Positions 33,729 to 43,789 of a stretch of DNA of 64,000 nucleotides are shown here, one piece after another. Both the position numbers and the translations under genes were made by a program. Source of the DNA: Candidatus Marinacidobacterales bacterium (GTDB lineage Bacteria > Acidobacteriota > Vicinamibacteria > Marinacidobacterales > SMYC01); NCBI GenBank assembly GCA_965237955.1, contig OZ250169.1:1024001-1088000 (forward strand). The letters run 5' to 3'. The number at the start of each line of letters is the position of its first letter. The stretch's first letter is position 1. The notes under the pieces were generated by a model. It did no database searches, had not been told where the DNA came from, and saw only the letters and a list, made by a program, of their open reading frames with translations.

Positions 33729-35204
33729 TTATTTAAGTGCTTTCGCCATCGAACGGCACACGGTCTTCAGGACTTCGATACGAGCCCAGCGCTTGTCGTC
33801 TCCTGCCACGACGTGCCATTTGGCGTATTCGGTGCTGGTGCGCTGGATCATTTCGTTGGCCGCAAGCTCGTAGTCAATCCGACGCTCTCGGTTGCGATAG
33901 TCGTCGGGTGTGATCTTGTACTTCTTGAACGGTACTTTCTCGCGGGCCTTGAAGCGGCGGAGCTGTTCTTCCTCCGACAGGTGGACCCAGAATTTGAGGA
34001 CGAGCACGCCTCGGTCCGCGAGCTGACCTTCGAAGTCGTTGATCTCGGCGTAGGCGCGCTTCCACTCGTCCTCGGCTGCAAAACCCTCGACGCGCTCCAC
34101 GAGCACGCGCCCATACCAGCTCCGGTCAAAAATCGCGACGTGCCCCGCGCGCGGAATGTTGCGCCAGAATCGCCATAAATAATGATGTGCGAGCTCTTCG
34201 TCGGTAGGAGCGGCAATGGGGATGACGCGATAGTGAGCGGCGTCCATCGCACGCGTCAGTCGGCGGATGGCGCCACCTTTGCCCGCCGCATCCCACCCTT
34301 CGAACGCGAACACGGAGGACATCCCTTCGTCGTGCGCCTTTTCGCTCAACTCCGCCAGGCGACCCCAGAGCTTTTGGAGCTTCTTTTCGTAGTCGTTCTT
34401 TTCGAGCTTCGCGCTCAAATCCACCTGATCGAGGACGGTAATGGGGCTGGGTTCCCCGGCACTCGTGCGCGGAGTCGTTTTCCGGGGTTTCGGCGGTCGT
34501 CCGAGGCGTTTCGTCAGCGACTGGATGATGACCTGCGCCACGGTCACGTCGCGGTAGTTATCGTCCGTGCTCTCGACGACGTGCCATAAAGAGGCATCAC
34601 GGCTCGTCTGCCGTAGAACCCGCTCGGCAACTTCCCTCACGTCTCCGTAGTGTTTGTGGAGAATGCGATCCTCTTTGACGACTCGCCAGGCGCGGCCCGC
34701 TTTCTTCTCCGCTCTTTTGAGGCGCTTTTTGAGCTCTTTTTTCGGCGTGTGTAGCCAGAACTTCAGGATGAGCGCGCCATCGTCCGTAAGCGCTTTCTCG
34801 AAACTCTGGATGTGCCGGACGCGCCGATCGAGCCCCACCTCGTCGATATCACCAACAACTCGATCGACGATGACTCGAGTCATCCACTCTCGCAAATAGA
34901 GTCCGATCCGACCCCGAGTCGGCAGCGTCCTCCAATAGCGCCAAAAGCGAGGTCGCTCCGCCTCTTCCTGTGTCAGATCTTCGTAGACATTCGCCGCGAG
35001 GAATCGCGGATCCATCCACTCGTGCAGCATGTTGGACACCTCGGTGCAACCGGGCTGATCGTCGCCGCCGAGGACGAGAATGACGGGAAAATCGGAATCG
35101 CGCAGCTCGTACTGCACGGTAAGGAGGCCCACGCGGAGCACCGGCTCTTGCTTCTTGTAGTCCTGCTTGCTCGTTTTACGCCCGAGCTCCGCCGCTTCGA
35201 ACAT
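33729..35204 (-). CDS. pap: Polyphosphate:AMP phosphotransferase (two-domain PPK2)
   Basis: MFEAAELG, FEGWDAAGKGGAIRR, FDRSWYGRVLVERV. Confidence 0.93.
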   Translation of the reverse strand: MFEAAELGRKTSKQDYKKQEPVLRVGLLTVQYELRDSDFPVILVLGGDDQPGCTEVSNMLHEWMDPRFLAANVYEDLTQEEAERPRFWRYWRTLPTRGRIGLYLREWMTRVIVDRVVGDIDEVGLDRRVRHIQSFEKALTDDGALILKFWLHTPKKELKKRLKRAEKKAGRAWRVVKEDRILHKHYGDVREVAERVLRQTSRDASLWHVVESTDDNYRDVTVAQVIIQSLTKRLGRPPKPRKTTPRTSAGEPSPITVLDQVDLSAKLEKNDYEKKLQKLWGRLAELSEKAHDEGMSSVFAFEGWDAAGKGGAIRRLTRAMDAAHYRVIPIAAPTDEELAHHYLWRFWRNIPRAGHVAIFDRSWYGRVLVERVEGFAAEDEWKRAYAEINDFEGQLADRGVLVLKFWVHLSEEEQLRRFKAREKVPFKKYKITPDDYRNRERRIDYELAANEMIQRTSTEYAKWHVVAGDDKRWARIEVLKTVCRSMAKALK

Positions 35205-35422
35205 CCCGCCCCCTCCAACGGGAGGCATCATATCGCCCGTTCGATGTTGCGTTTACGAAAAAGCTCGACAAAGCACGCAGCACGAGTACAATGGGGCGTT
35301 TTTTGTTGTGTTGGAGTAGGCATTTAGGGGTCGGCGAGAATACAAGCGCCATCATATAAATCGCGGGCTTTTCGAGTTACCGTCCGCTCCGCTCCCGCCT
35401 CGTCACAACGGGGAGTCGAAGT

Positions 35423-36033
35423 TTGTCCGACTCGGACCGACGTAAGCCTAACGAAGAATCGGGAGATCCCAACAAGATGTCGCGACGGGAAGAATATTTC
35501 GAAGGCGCCACACTGTCACCCGACGAAGTGACGTTCCAGCGAGAAGGGCTTCCGGATGACTACCGCATGCGCTACGAAGAAGACCACTACGTCGACGAGC
35601 TCGTCGCCGCGGGAAGTATGCCCCAGCTCCGGCTCGTCCCCGTCAGCGAGATCGAAGGCGGCTTCGGCAGTGGTGGTGAAAGCCTGGACGGCCTCATCGA
35701 CTCGATCCAGGCGTACGGCGTCCTGCAACCTTTGTTAGTACGAAGGCTCCGAGGTCGCTACGAGCTACTCGCCGGCTCCAAACGCCTGGCTGCCGCTGTG
35801 AACGCAGGTCTCAAAGAAGTCCCCTGCCTCGTCCACGAGGTCGACGACGTCGAAGCGCGTCGTCTCGCCGAGGCAGCCAATCGACGAGCCAGCCGCACGG
35901 CCGTGGCGTCGAGCTCCTCGCTTCAATGGAGTACGGACGCGATGATTCTCGTCGCAGGAAGCCTCAACACGATCCTTTCGACGCTCGGCCTCTTGGACAA
36001 ACCCGACAGCTCGCTTCGCGACCGCGTCGCCGT
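35423..36033 (+). pseudogene. ParB-like N-terminal half of a ParB/HATPase-like gene interrupted by IS5
   Basis: LIDSIQAYGVLQPLLVR...YELLAGSKRLAAA...VPC; start uncertain. Confidence 0.8.
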
Positions 36034-36785
36034 TGCCTTGGTGCACAACTCCGATAGAGGCCGAGAGCTCGCTTGGCCCCGACTCCCATCATCCGATCAT
36101 CTCGCTATCAGGCATCCCGAGCGCCGTCATCGTGTTGAGAATCTTGCACCCGATCCTTGCCTCGACTCTCTGTGCCGCCAACCCTCTCGCTCGCATCGCT
36201 GAGCCCACGATAGCCTTCGCCACTCTGCTCGTCGACACACAGATGGAGCTTGCGATAGTCCCTGCTCTTTGGTGCTCTGCGCAGCTGGCCGGCGTGGACA
36301 GCGAGACCGCTGCTGTCGATCAAGATGTGCAACGGCGTCTTCTGCTTGTCTTGGTAGAAGGGGACCTTACCCAGCTTCGCCTTGCGCCTCGAGATCGTGG
36401 TGTGATCGGGCACATCATTGTCTAGCTTCATCAGAGCGAACAACGATCGCAGCAATCCCTCGCTCTGCCTAGATGACAGATGAAACACCATGCCCAGGGT
36501 GACAGCCGTCTCGATGGCGTGGTTCGAGTACTTACGTTGACGGCCCGGTTTCCTCCTCCTCGGCCGGGGCGCGTCCCAGTTCACAAGCTTGCCGGCGGTG
36601 AGCGAGATCCAGACGGTCAGGCTCCCACGGTTGCGTAGACCCGCCTCATATTCACGCCAATTCCTCACGCGATAGGCCTTCTTCACATACTTCCGCTGAG
36701 TGCGTTTGAAAATGCTCATGGGGAACCTCGAATCCGTGAGTAAAGGACAATTGTGGACCGAGATCGCGAGTTGTGCACCAAGGCA
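36034..36785 (-). mobile_element. IS5 (IS903-like) internal-deletion derivative, 752 bp
   Basis: IR TGCCTTGGTGCACAACTC; 335 bp shorter than 48475-49561. Confidence 0.93.
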
Positions 36786-36891
36786 GCTTCGCGGCGGTAA
36801 TAGTTGAGCAAGCCGCCCAATCGTTTGCGACATCGCACATTCCCGTCGAGACTGCCCACGCGCTCGTCCGCTTCGATCAACGCGTTTTCCA
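36786..36891 (-). pseudogene. rve-integrase C-terminal remnant
   Basis: ENALIEADERVG...[16 protein letters not shown]. Confidence 0.7.
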
Positions 36892-36934
36892 ATGTATCCA
36901 GATATCTCTGTTATAGAGGAGATGAAGTATTTTT

Positions 36935-38653
36935 GCCTCTCCTGCCATTTCAGTGGATCCTCTCGAGGGTGAGACCGCCACAGTTTAGGTAGACGAGACT
37001 GATGAGAGCTTCGGCAGAGTGGAGTCCAAAGCTGCGGTGGCTCAGCAGCCGGATTTTGTTGTTCATTCCTTCGAGTCGGCCGTTGCTGAGTCTCCACGTG
37101 ACCCACGCGATGACGCCATCGAAGTGGCTGCGGATCATCTTCGCCGCGCGTTTGACGGGCTCTATCCTCGAGCTCATAGCGCGCCGCAGCCATCCTCGGA
37201 GAAACTTCTTGGCCCATGTCTCGGTTTTGTAGGTGTAGAGGTCCATGAAGTCGTCGCGCAGAAGCATGGCGCGGTAGAGGCGACGATTAGCTCGCACCTG
37301 CTCGCGGAGCACCCGTTTGTCTTTCGCGCTGCGGTTGTGTTTGGCCTTGAGAAGGGGAAACTTGGTGTTCTTGAGGTTGCGCCGGGCAGTCCCTTTGAGC
37401 TCGCGCACCAGCTCGCGCCGGGTCTTATCCACGGCCTCGTTCAGATGCTTGACGATGTGGAAGCGGTCAAAGATCACCCGTGCCTGAGGAGCCTTTTTGC
37501 CGACGACAGTTATGTACGGCTCCCACATGTCCATGCTGACCGCTTCGAGCTCCGCGGCTCTTTGTGGTCCGAGCTTGCGGAAAAACCGCAGCAGCGTCTT
37601 GGCCTTGCGCTCCTTTCCCGCCCAGACGACCCGGCCGCTGAGATGGTCTATTACCACTGTTAAGTACTTGTGGCGTTTGCGGTAGCTGATCTCGTCCATC
37701 CCAATCACCCGCAATCCATCGAGCTCGCGCCGCTCATCCCGCTGCTCGGCAACCACTCGCTGGATGATCCGTCGCACCGAACGCCACGTCACTCGGAAAT
37801 AGTTCGCTACGGCGCTGACGTCCGTCCTCTGTGCCAGCCACGCTACCTCTTGTTCGAAGCTTTTGGTAAAGCGGCTTCCCTTGTCGGCCCAAGGCACCTT
37901 TTCTCTGACCACTCCACACCACCGACATACCACTCGTCGGATCGAGTAGCGAAGATAGGTCCGGACTCCGAACAGGTCCAAGTGCCGCCAGTAGCGATTG
38001 TAGCGATCTTTGTTCTTGCGGACCTTTCGTCCGCAAATCCCGCACAGAGGCTTCCTCCTCCGTGGTACTACATCCACCACCACTCTGGCTTTGTCCGCCT
38101 GGAAGTGGAAACCTCGGACCCACAGGCCTTGCAATCCGATGAGCTTGTTGACTAACGTAGTAACGCGCATCGCGGGAACGCTCTTTTCTCTTTCGGGAAA
38201 AAAGATTCTAGCGTTCTCGCCGATGCGCATCTACACATGGCTTACCCTCTCAACCCACGGGCCTCACCAAATGCCACTGCCCCTCAGCGGGAGACGAGGC
38301 TGTGGGAAACGCCCCCACGGTTCTGGTCGTTCAGACCTTGCTCACGACTGAGTTCTCTTCGAAGCCTGGAAGGGCGTTTTCCATAGCCTCCACTAATCGA
38401 GCCCCCCCTTCCTTATTCCATATGAATTAATCTTTCTTGTATATATATCAGGAGGGGCCTGTGGGCGCTCGTGGGAAACGCGAAGCGTTTTCCAAGCGAT
38501 TGTGGAAAACGCCGCTCCACGTTTGTACGTGCTCACAACCTTTCCCTAAACGCCTCTCTCGCCCGGAGTTTCCGGCGTTTTCCACAATCGCGGCAGCGTC
38601 CATAGGCCATGCCCTCCAACACAAATCAGATCCCCCGAAACGACAGGAGAACC
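36935..38653 (-). mobile_element. ISL3-family element, copy 1
   Basis: IRs GGTTCTCCTGTCGTTTC / GCCTCTCCTGCCATTTC; 8-bp TSD GTATTTTT. Confidence 0.95.
36950..38170 (-). CDS. ISL3 transposase
   Basis: Zinc finger CGIC/CRWC, IGMDE, SMDMWEPY, FDRFHIV, NGRLEGMNNKI; start may be 38230. Confidence 0.95.
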   Translation of the reverse strand: MRVTTLVNKLIGLQGLWVRGFHFQADKARVVVDVVPRRRKPLCGICGRKVRKNKDRYNRYWRHLDLFGVRTYLRYSIRRVVCRWCGVVREKVPWADKGSRFTKSFEQEVAWLAQRTDVSAVANYFRVTWRSVRRIIQRVVAEQRDERRELDGLRVIGMDEISYRKRHKYLTVVIDHLSGRVVWAGKERKAKTLLRFFRKLGPQRAAELEAVSMDMWEPYITVVGKKAPQARVIFDRFHIVKHLNEAVDKTRRELVRELKGTARRNLKNTKFPLLKAKHNRSAKDKRVLREQVRANRRLYRAMLLRDDFMDLYTYKTETWAKKFLRGWLRRAMSSRIEPVKRAAKMIRSHFDGVIAWVTWRLSNGRLEGMNNKIRLLSHRSFGLHSAEALISLVYLNCGGLTLERIH

Positions 38654-38756
38654 GTATTTTTTTTGACTCAATGTATTCTCCCATTTAATGATAGTTGTGT
38701 GAACATTGTTGTGGAACCCAAATAGTTATTTCATCTCTCAGATAAAGATCTCACGT

Positions 38757-40841
38757 TTACCTTAGGTATCTGTCAAACCATCTGACTATGTGCTGTTGCC
38801 TCTCCACTATGTGTTTGGGCCCTTTGATTCCGTGACCTTCTCCGGGGAAGCTGACGAACTCGACGACTCTATTCAGCTTCTTCAATGCTATGAAGAGCAT
38901 TTCAGCCTGCTCAATCGGGCAAACCCAGTCCAGCTCGGAATGGATGAGCAAGAGCGGCGTCTTCATATTCTTGACGTAGGTGATGGGGGACTTTTCTATG
39001 AACATCTGGGGGTCATCCCACGGTTCCTTCATCTCAGAGATCTCATGGGGCGAACCATGGTAGCTGAAGTGGTTGCTCATACTCGCCATCGAGATGGCCG
39101 TCTTGAACCGGTCCGTGTGCGCTATGATCCAGTTCGTCATGAAGCCGCCATAGGATCCGCCTGCGACCCCCAGCCTCTCCGGGTCGACGAAGGGATAAGT
39201 CTCGATAACATAATCTATGGCCTCCATGATGTCCCGGTAATCCCGATCACCCCAGTGGTCTGGGGCCTCAGCTGAGCGCACGAATAAGATGTCAGCTGCG
39301 AAGGATTCTCCGTACCCGGTACTGCCCCTATAGTTCGTGTAGACCACAGCAAAGCCGTGCTCCGCCAACACCTGGTAACCACGCCTCAATCCATATCTGT
39401 ATCCGCCTCTTGGCCCACCGTGAATAAAGCTGACCATCGGGTACTTCTCACCCTCTTTGAGTTCATGGGGCTTGACTATCCATCCCTGGACTTTGACGCC
39501 GTCGCTGGCGGTGAACCAGAACTCCTCGGGCTCGACAAGCCTCAGCTTCCCCAGGAGGGTCCTATTCATCTCCGTCCTCTTCGCTTGACCACCGTCGTCC
39601 AGGATCCAGAGCTCGCTGGGAGTCATGGGACCCGAGGCGTTGAAGGCGAAGACCTTCCCGGCCTCGTCCATGGTGAAGGAGCCGATGTTCATCTTTCCCT
39701 CCGTCAAGGCCTCGACCTCCCCCTCAAGGCTCACCCTGTGAATATGACGGGTGCCGTGGTTGGGGAACTTGACGTAGACGTACTTCGAGTCTGGGGACCA
39801 CTTGACCGAGGCTCCTCTGGCGACCGTCCGGTCGAAGTCAGCAGTGAGGCACTTGGGCTCGCCGCCCTTTACTGGCAAGACCCAGATGTCGGCATTTCTG
39901 TACACGTGGCGCCTGTGGGAATCACGCTCCTCCATGACGCGTCCACCGAAAGCGATGTACTCCCCATCCGGAGACCAATCCAGACTTTGTATACGGGCTC
40001 CCCGCCCCCTCCATAGGACTTCTGGATCTCCTCCTTTTGAGGAGATGGTGTAGATACGCCCGCGAGAGAAAAAGACTACGCGGCTGCCATCGGGGGACCA
40101 GTCGACCATATTTATGTTGAACTCTCCATCGGTCAGCTGCTTTACCTGACCGCTTTCGGGCTGGACTGAGAAGAGATGCCTCCACCTATCATGTATGAAT
40201 TCACGTTCCGATGGGGTCTTGTAAGGATAGCTTCTGATGATCTTGACGTCGCTGCCCTTCGCTCTCTCGCCTTTGAAGACGTTTGAGAGAAAAAGTATGG
40301 TCTTGCCGTCGGGGGACCAGGTGGGGCGCTCAACGCCTTCCTCTACAGAGGTAAGACATCTTGCCTCACCGCCGTCGGCAGGGATCACGAATATCTGCAT
40401 CCCTGGTTTATTCTCCTCGCTCAAACGATCGGAGAGGAAAAGGATGGTCTTCCCATCTGGGGACCATCTGGGATGGCTGTCGTTGCCGTTGCCGTATGTA
40501 AACTGTTTCGGCTCTTTCTCATCCAAAGGGAGGAGCCATATGTGGCTGTGGTATCTGTCCTCTTTCACGTTCGCGGTCGTGTAAGTGAAGAGAACTTTGG
40601 TACCGTCAGGGGATATCTGTGGATCCGATACAGGTTGCCCAGGAAAAATTGGCGTGATCCTGTAATCTTCCAGTTTTTTCATTCCCAACGCTTTGTTAGG
40701 GTTATCAGGATTGCCAGGTGGGTTTTCAGGCTTGCCTCTTGTTGTTCTTACTTGGCCTTCACTAAAGTCTATAAAAACCAAAGCAAAAGCCAGGAAGGCC
40801 ACCAATCCAAAAAGTTTCAGATTATGGATTTTTTTCATCAT
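38757..40841 (-). CDS. S9-family peptidase (PD40 propeller) with added N-terminal export leader
   Basis: IHGGP, GGSYGG, IHSELDWVCP, FPGEGH; repeated WSPDG. Confidence 0.93.
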   Translation of the reverse strand: MMKKIHNLKLFGLVAFLAFALVFIDFSEGQVRTTRGKPENPPGNPDNPNKALGMKKLEDYRITPIFPGQPVSDPQISPDGTKVLFTYTTANVKEDRYHSHIWLLPLDEKEPKQFTYGNGNDSHPRWSPDGKTILFLSDRLSEENKPGMQIFVIPADGGEARCLTSVEEGVERPTWSPDGKTILFLSNVFKGERAKGSDVKIIRSYPYKTPSEREFIHDRWRHLFSVQPESGQVKQLTDGEFNINMVDWSPDGSRVVFFSRGRIYTISSKGGDPEVLWRGRGARIQSLDWSPDGEYIAFGGRVMEERDSHRRHVYRNADIWVLPVKGGEPKCLTADFDRTVARGASVKWSPDSKYVYVKFPNHGTRHIHRVSLEGEVEALTEGKMNIGSFTMDEAGKVFAFNASGPMTPSELWILDDGGQAKRTEMNRTLLGKLRLVEPEEFWFTASDGVKVQGWIVKPHELKEGEKYPMVSFIHGGPRGGYRYGLRRGYQVLAEHGFAVVYTNYRGSTGYGESFAADILFVRSAEAPDHWGDRDYRDIMEAIDYVIETYPFVDPERLGVAGGSYGGFMTNWIIAHTDRFKTAISMASMSNHFSYHGSPHEISEMKEPWDDPQMFIEKSPITYVKNMKTPLLLIHSELDWVCPIEQAEMLFIALKKLNRVVEFVSFPGEGHGIKGPKHIVERQQHIVRWFDRYLR

Positions 40842-40893
40842 GTCCTCCTTATTTTAAAGGATAGGAAAAATCATAGCTTCGCTGATGGGTGCC

Positions 40894-41008
40894 TGTGCCA
40901 ATTTTCGCAGGGTGCATGAGAGAAGGTTCCATTTCAGTACCTCGTGGAGCATAGCAAAGCCCAAGAGCGGCAGGTCGAGGACCGCGGATCGAGTTTATGA
41001 AAGGCACA
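40894..41008. mobile_element. Putative ~115-bp MITE (CCTGTGCC...GGCACAGG) carrying TGCTATGCT
   Basis: 8-bp IR; TGTGCCTTTCATAAACTCGATCCG resembles other TGT ends; degenerate homolog at 46924-47010. Confidence 0.5.
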
Positions 41009-41163
41009 GGAAGCCGCTCGGCAGGTCAAGTAAGGGCAGTTACTTCAGCTCGCGTTCGATCGCTGCTCGATCGCGCCGTCAAGAGGGCAAGTGACGCCTC
41101 CGGGATACAAGAAACACTGGCACGCTTGAGTTTTGGTGTTAGACCATGAGATTTGGATGGCGG

Positions 41164-41234
41164 GACCGGTATGAATCGAGAGGTTCACGTACCGTTCTGA
41201 GGGGGGCTGGGGTGAAATTCCCAGGCCTACTCAC
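41164..41234 (+). ncRNA. Orphan group II intron domains V-VI
   Basis: GACCGGTATGAATC-GAGA-GGTTCACGTACCGTTC, then GGCTGGGGTGAAATTCCCAGGCCTACTCAC. Confidence 0.8.
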
Positions 41235-41400
41235 CTTTCGAATCGACTCTGATTGTCCTCCACAGACCGTAAAAGCCGACCAGAAACCGATCATGCAACC
41301 AAGAACAAAAAAGTTAAGCTACCTCACCTATGACTTACTCCTAACAGCTGCTTTTGTCTGAAGCCGTAAAAGCTTGCAACGTTATGTCATTGATGTAAAG

Positions 41401-42915
41401 CTAATATGGATTCGACGGCATCATATCCCACGCTTGAAGTGTCGGAACCTTGGTCAGGCCACCCTTCGAGAACAAGACCACGCCTTGGCTGTCTGTGCGC
41501 CTCGGATAGATGCGTCGCATCACCGCCTGGCGATTGTTGGCAAAAACCTCGATTACCGACTTGTCCACAAAAACTCGCAGTTTTAGCGGCTCACCGGGCT
41601 TCAATTCAAACGGTCCCGCTTCCACTGACTTCGGCCCTTCGCTCAGGCTCGACTCAGTGGTGTCGACCTTGAGTTTTTTCTCGTTCGCATCGTAAAAGAC
41701 AAGCGTCTCCTCTTCACCGCCCGGCGAGGCACAGACCTTCACACCGAACTGCTCGGCACCGTCGGGTATCATTTCAATCAACAGTTCAATGCTGTTTCCG
41801 CGAATGTTCTCCAATGGCATCTCGCTGTCGGCCTGAATAGTCAAATTCTTAATCTCCTTCGGATTGTATCGCAGCACTTCCAGTTCCTTCGGCGGCCACA
41901 TCCGCAGCATGCCGTCTTCTCCCAACGCTAGGACACGAGGCAGGCTGTACGTGCCCAACCATCCGCTGGTTGGCTTCTTGTCCATACCCCAGGCCTTGTT
42001 AAAAATCCAGGCCCACATGATCCGGCGTCCCTTGTCATCCAACAAACTCTCCGGGGCAAAGAAGCTCCTGTCCACCCAACTCATTTGCTCATGGTATTCG
42101 GGATAGAACTTCTCGTTCTTCCACTGGCCCAGGTAATAGCGAGCACCAAGCGGGTGACTGATACACAGAAGCATGTGTTTATTGCCCAGCTTGAAAAAAT
42201 CAGGGCAGGACACGTCTTCGTTGATGTCTACACCCTCAAGACTATGGGCCATCAAGTCACCGACATACTTCCATTCGCCGTCCAGGCTGTCAGACTTGGC
42301 GATTGCGGGTCTTTCCCCGCCGAAGATGGCGTAGTACGTATTGCCCTCAACCCAGCCGTGCGGGTCCCATGACCGGTACTTGCCATGATGAGGGTCACCC
42401 TCACTGGTTTCTGGAGTAATAGGATTTGAATCCAGCTTCTTCCAGTAGTTCAGGTCATCATCGAGGGCAACTGCCATAGCGTTGCCCTGGCCTACCTGGT
42501 GATAAACTATAGTAGGCACGCCTTCTTTGTTGATGAAGGTGTTTCCGCTGAATATGCCGTCAATCAGTCCTGTTGGGTGGTGACGCCAGTGAACAAGGTC
42601 TACGCTTGATACGTGGCCCCAGCTTGATACGTGGCCCCCGTTCTGCCCCTTGTAGTCCTGGAAAATATAGAAAAGATGGTATCGACCTTTCCAGAATATG
42701 GCTCCGTTGACATCACCGCCTTCCCAAGCAACAAAGTGGTATCCCGGCCGATATGGGTCTTGCAACAGCTCTTCCCTCAAGGCCCGAGTGTTCCGCATCA
42801 TTTCGGACAGATTTGCTTGCACCCCCGCCGTGCTACGATCGCACCGCGCCAGAATGACCGCCACAATGGAGAAGAATAAGAAAATCAAAAAGGCTTTTAA
42901 ACTCGTTCTTTTCAT
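41401..42915 (-). CDS. Glycoside hydrolase family 32 protein, exported
   Basis: YRPGYHF, DVNG, YHLFY, WGHVSSVDLVHW, FFAPES, LRVFVDKSVIEVFAN. Confidence 0.9.
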   Translation of the reverse strand: MKRTSLKAFLIFLFFSIVAVILARCDRSTAGVQANLSEMMRNTRALREELLQDPYRPGYHFVAWEGGDVNGAIFWKGRYHLFYIFQDYKGQNGGHVSSWGHVSSVDLVHWRHHPTGLIDGIFSGNTFINKEGVPTIVYHQVGQGNAMAVALDDDLNYWKKLDSNPITPETSEGDPHHGKYRSWDPHGWVEGNTYYAIFGGERPAIAKSDSLDGEWKYVGDLMAHSLEGVDINEDVSCPDFFKLGNKHMLLCISHPLGARYYLGQWKNEKFYPEYHEQMSWVDRSFFAPESLLDDKGRRIMWAWIFNKAWGMDKKPTSGWLGTYSLPRVLALGEDGMLRMWPPKELEVLRYNPKEIKNLTIQADSEMPLENIRGNSIELLIEMIPDGAEQFGVKVCASPGGEEETLVFYDANEKKLKVDTTESSLSEGPKSVEAGPFELKPGEPLKLRVFVDKSVIEVFANNRQAVMRRIYPRRTDSQGVVLFSKGGLTKVPTLQAWDMMPSNPY

Positions 42916-42957
42916 TTGTTTAATCTCCTTTTAGATTTTCAAATTACCATGCCCTGG

Positions 42958-43071
42958 GGCGTTGGTGTATAAATCCGGACAACCCTAAAGGAATCAGCAA
43001 GTTACGTTTTAGGGCAAAAGTTAGCGGAGTCAATGGAATCAACGACTTACCAGTATTCATGCACCAACGCC
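42958..43071. mobile_element. 114-bp MITE with IS903-like IRs
   Basis: GGCGTTGGTGTATAAAT / ATTCATGCACCAACGCC. Confidence 0.65.
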
Positions 43072-43265
43072 TGAACAACTTCATCAATGCGACCCTCGCC
43101 GCGACCGTGGCCCAAGCGGAGACACTGGCTTTTTTCGAAGATCGTCTGAAGGATGTAGACCTAGAGGCGCTGCGCCAACGTGTCGAAGCTTTCATGAAGC
43201 GCACGGAGTCAGGCGACGAACCTTCGATCGAAGAACTACGGAAGGCCATGGGCGAACGGTTCTAG
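43072..43265 (+). pseudogene. C-terminal fragment of a small, possibly antitoxin-like protein
   Basis: LNNFINATLAATVAQAETLAFF...; 5' end replaced by the MITE. Confidence 0.4.
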
Positions 43266-43292
43266 CGCAGCGCGTAGGATCAAAAAACTCAA

Positions 43293-43700
43293 TTACCTGA
43301 GGATTGTCGCCAGCACCTCTCCCGCGCCGTCCTTGATGTTCAACCGTCCATCGGTGGCGTGGGTCGACGGGTTCATCAGAACGACTTCGGTAGCGTGACC
43401 GGCGCCGTTCGAGAACAGCGGAAACATCAGCTGCTCACGCGTTTCGTCCGACGCTTCCTGCAACGGCACGTCGGAGAAGACGAGCTCGCCGCGCGCGTTC
43501 GTCACTTTCTTCAGAAGCGTCAGCCCGACTTCGCTGTCGTAAAAAATCTGCAGCGAGCCCCTAAGCGCCCCGATTCCGAATGTATGTTCGAGATCGAGCA
43601 CCATCTTCTTCCCGAGCGGTACGATGCGCTCGTAGCGGCTGCGATGGTTGCCGTCGACGTCGAAATGGTTCCAGGTAGATCGACGTCCGCTGCGGGCTCG
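43293..43700 (-). pseudogene. C-terminal fragment of a hypothetical exported protein
   Basis: LMFPLFSNGAGHATEVVLMNPS; no credible start. Confidence 0.4.
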
Positions 43701-43789
43701 GCCACACCGCAAAGCACGGCCGCGAGCAAGAAACTGGATAGGAGCTCTATCGTCCCTCACCTCCAAGGAATTTCCGCTCCGAGACTAGT

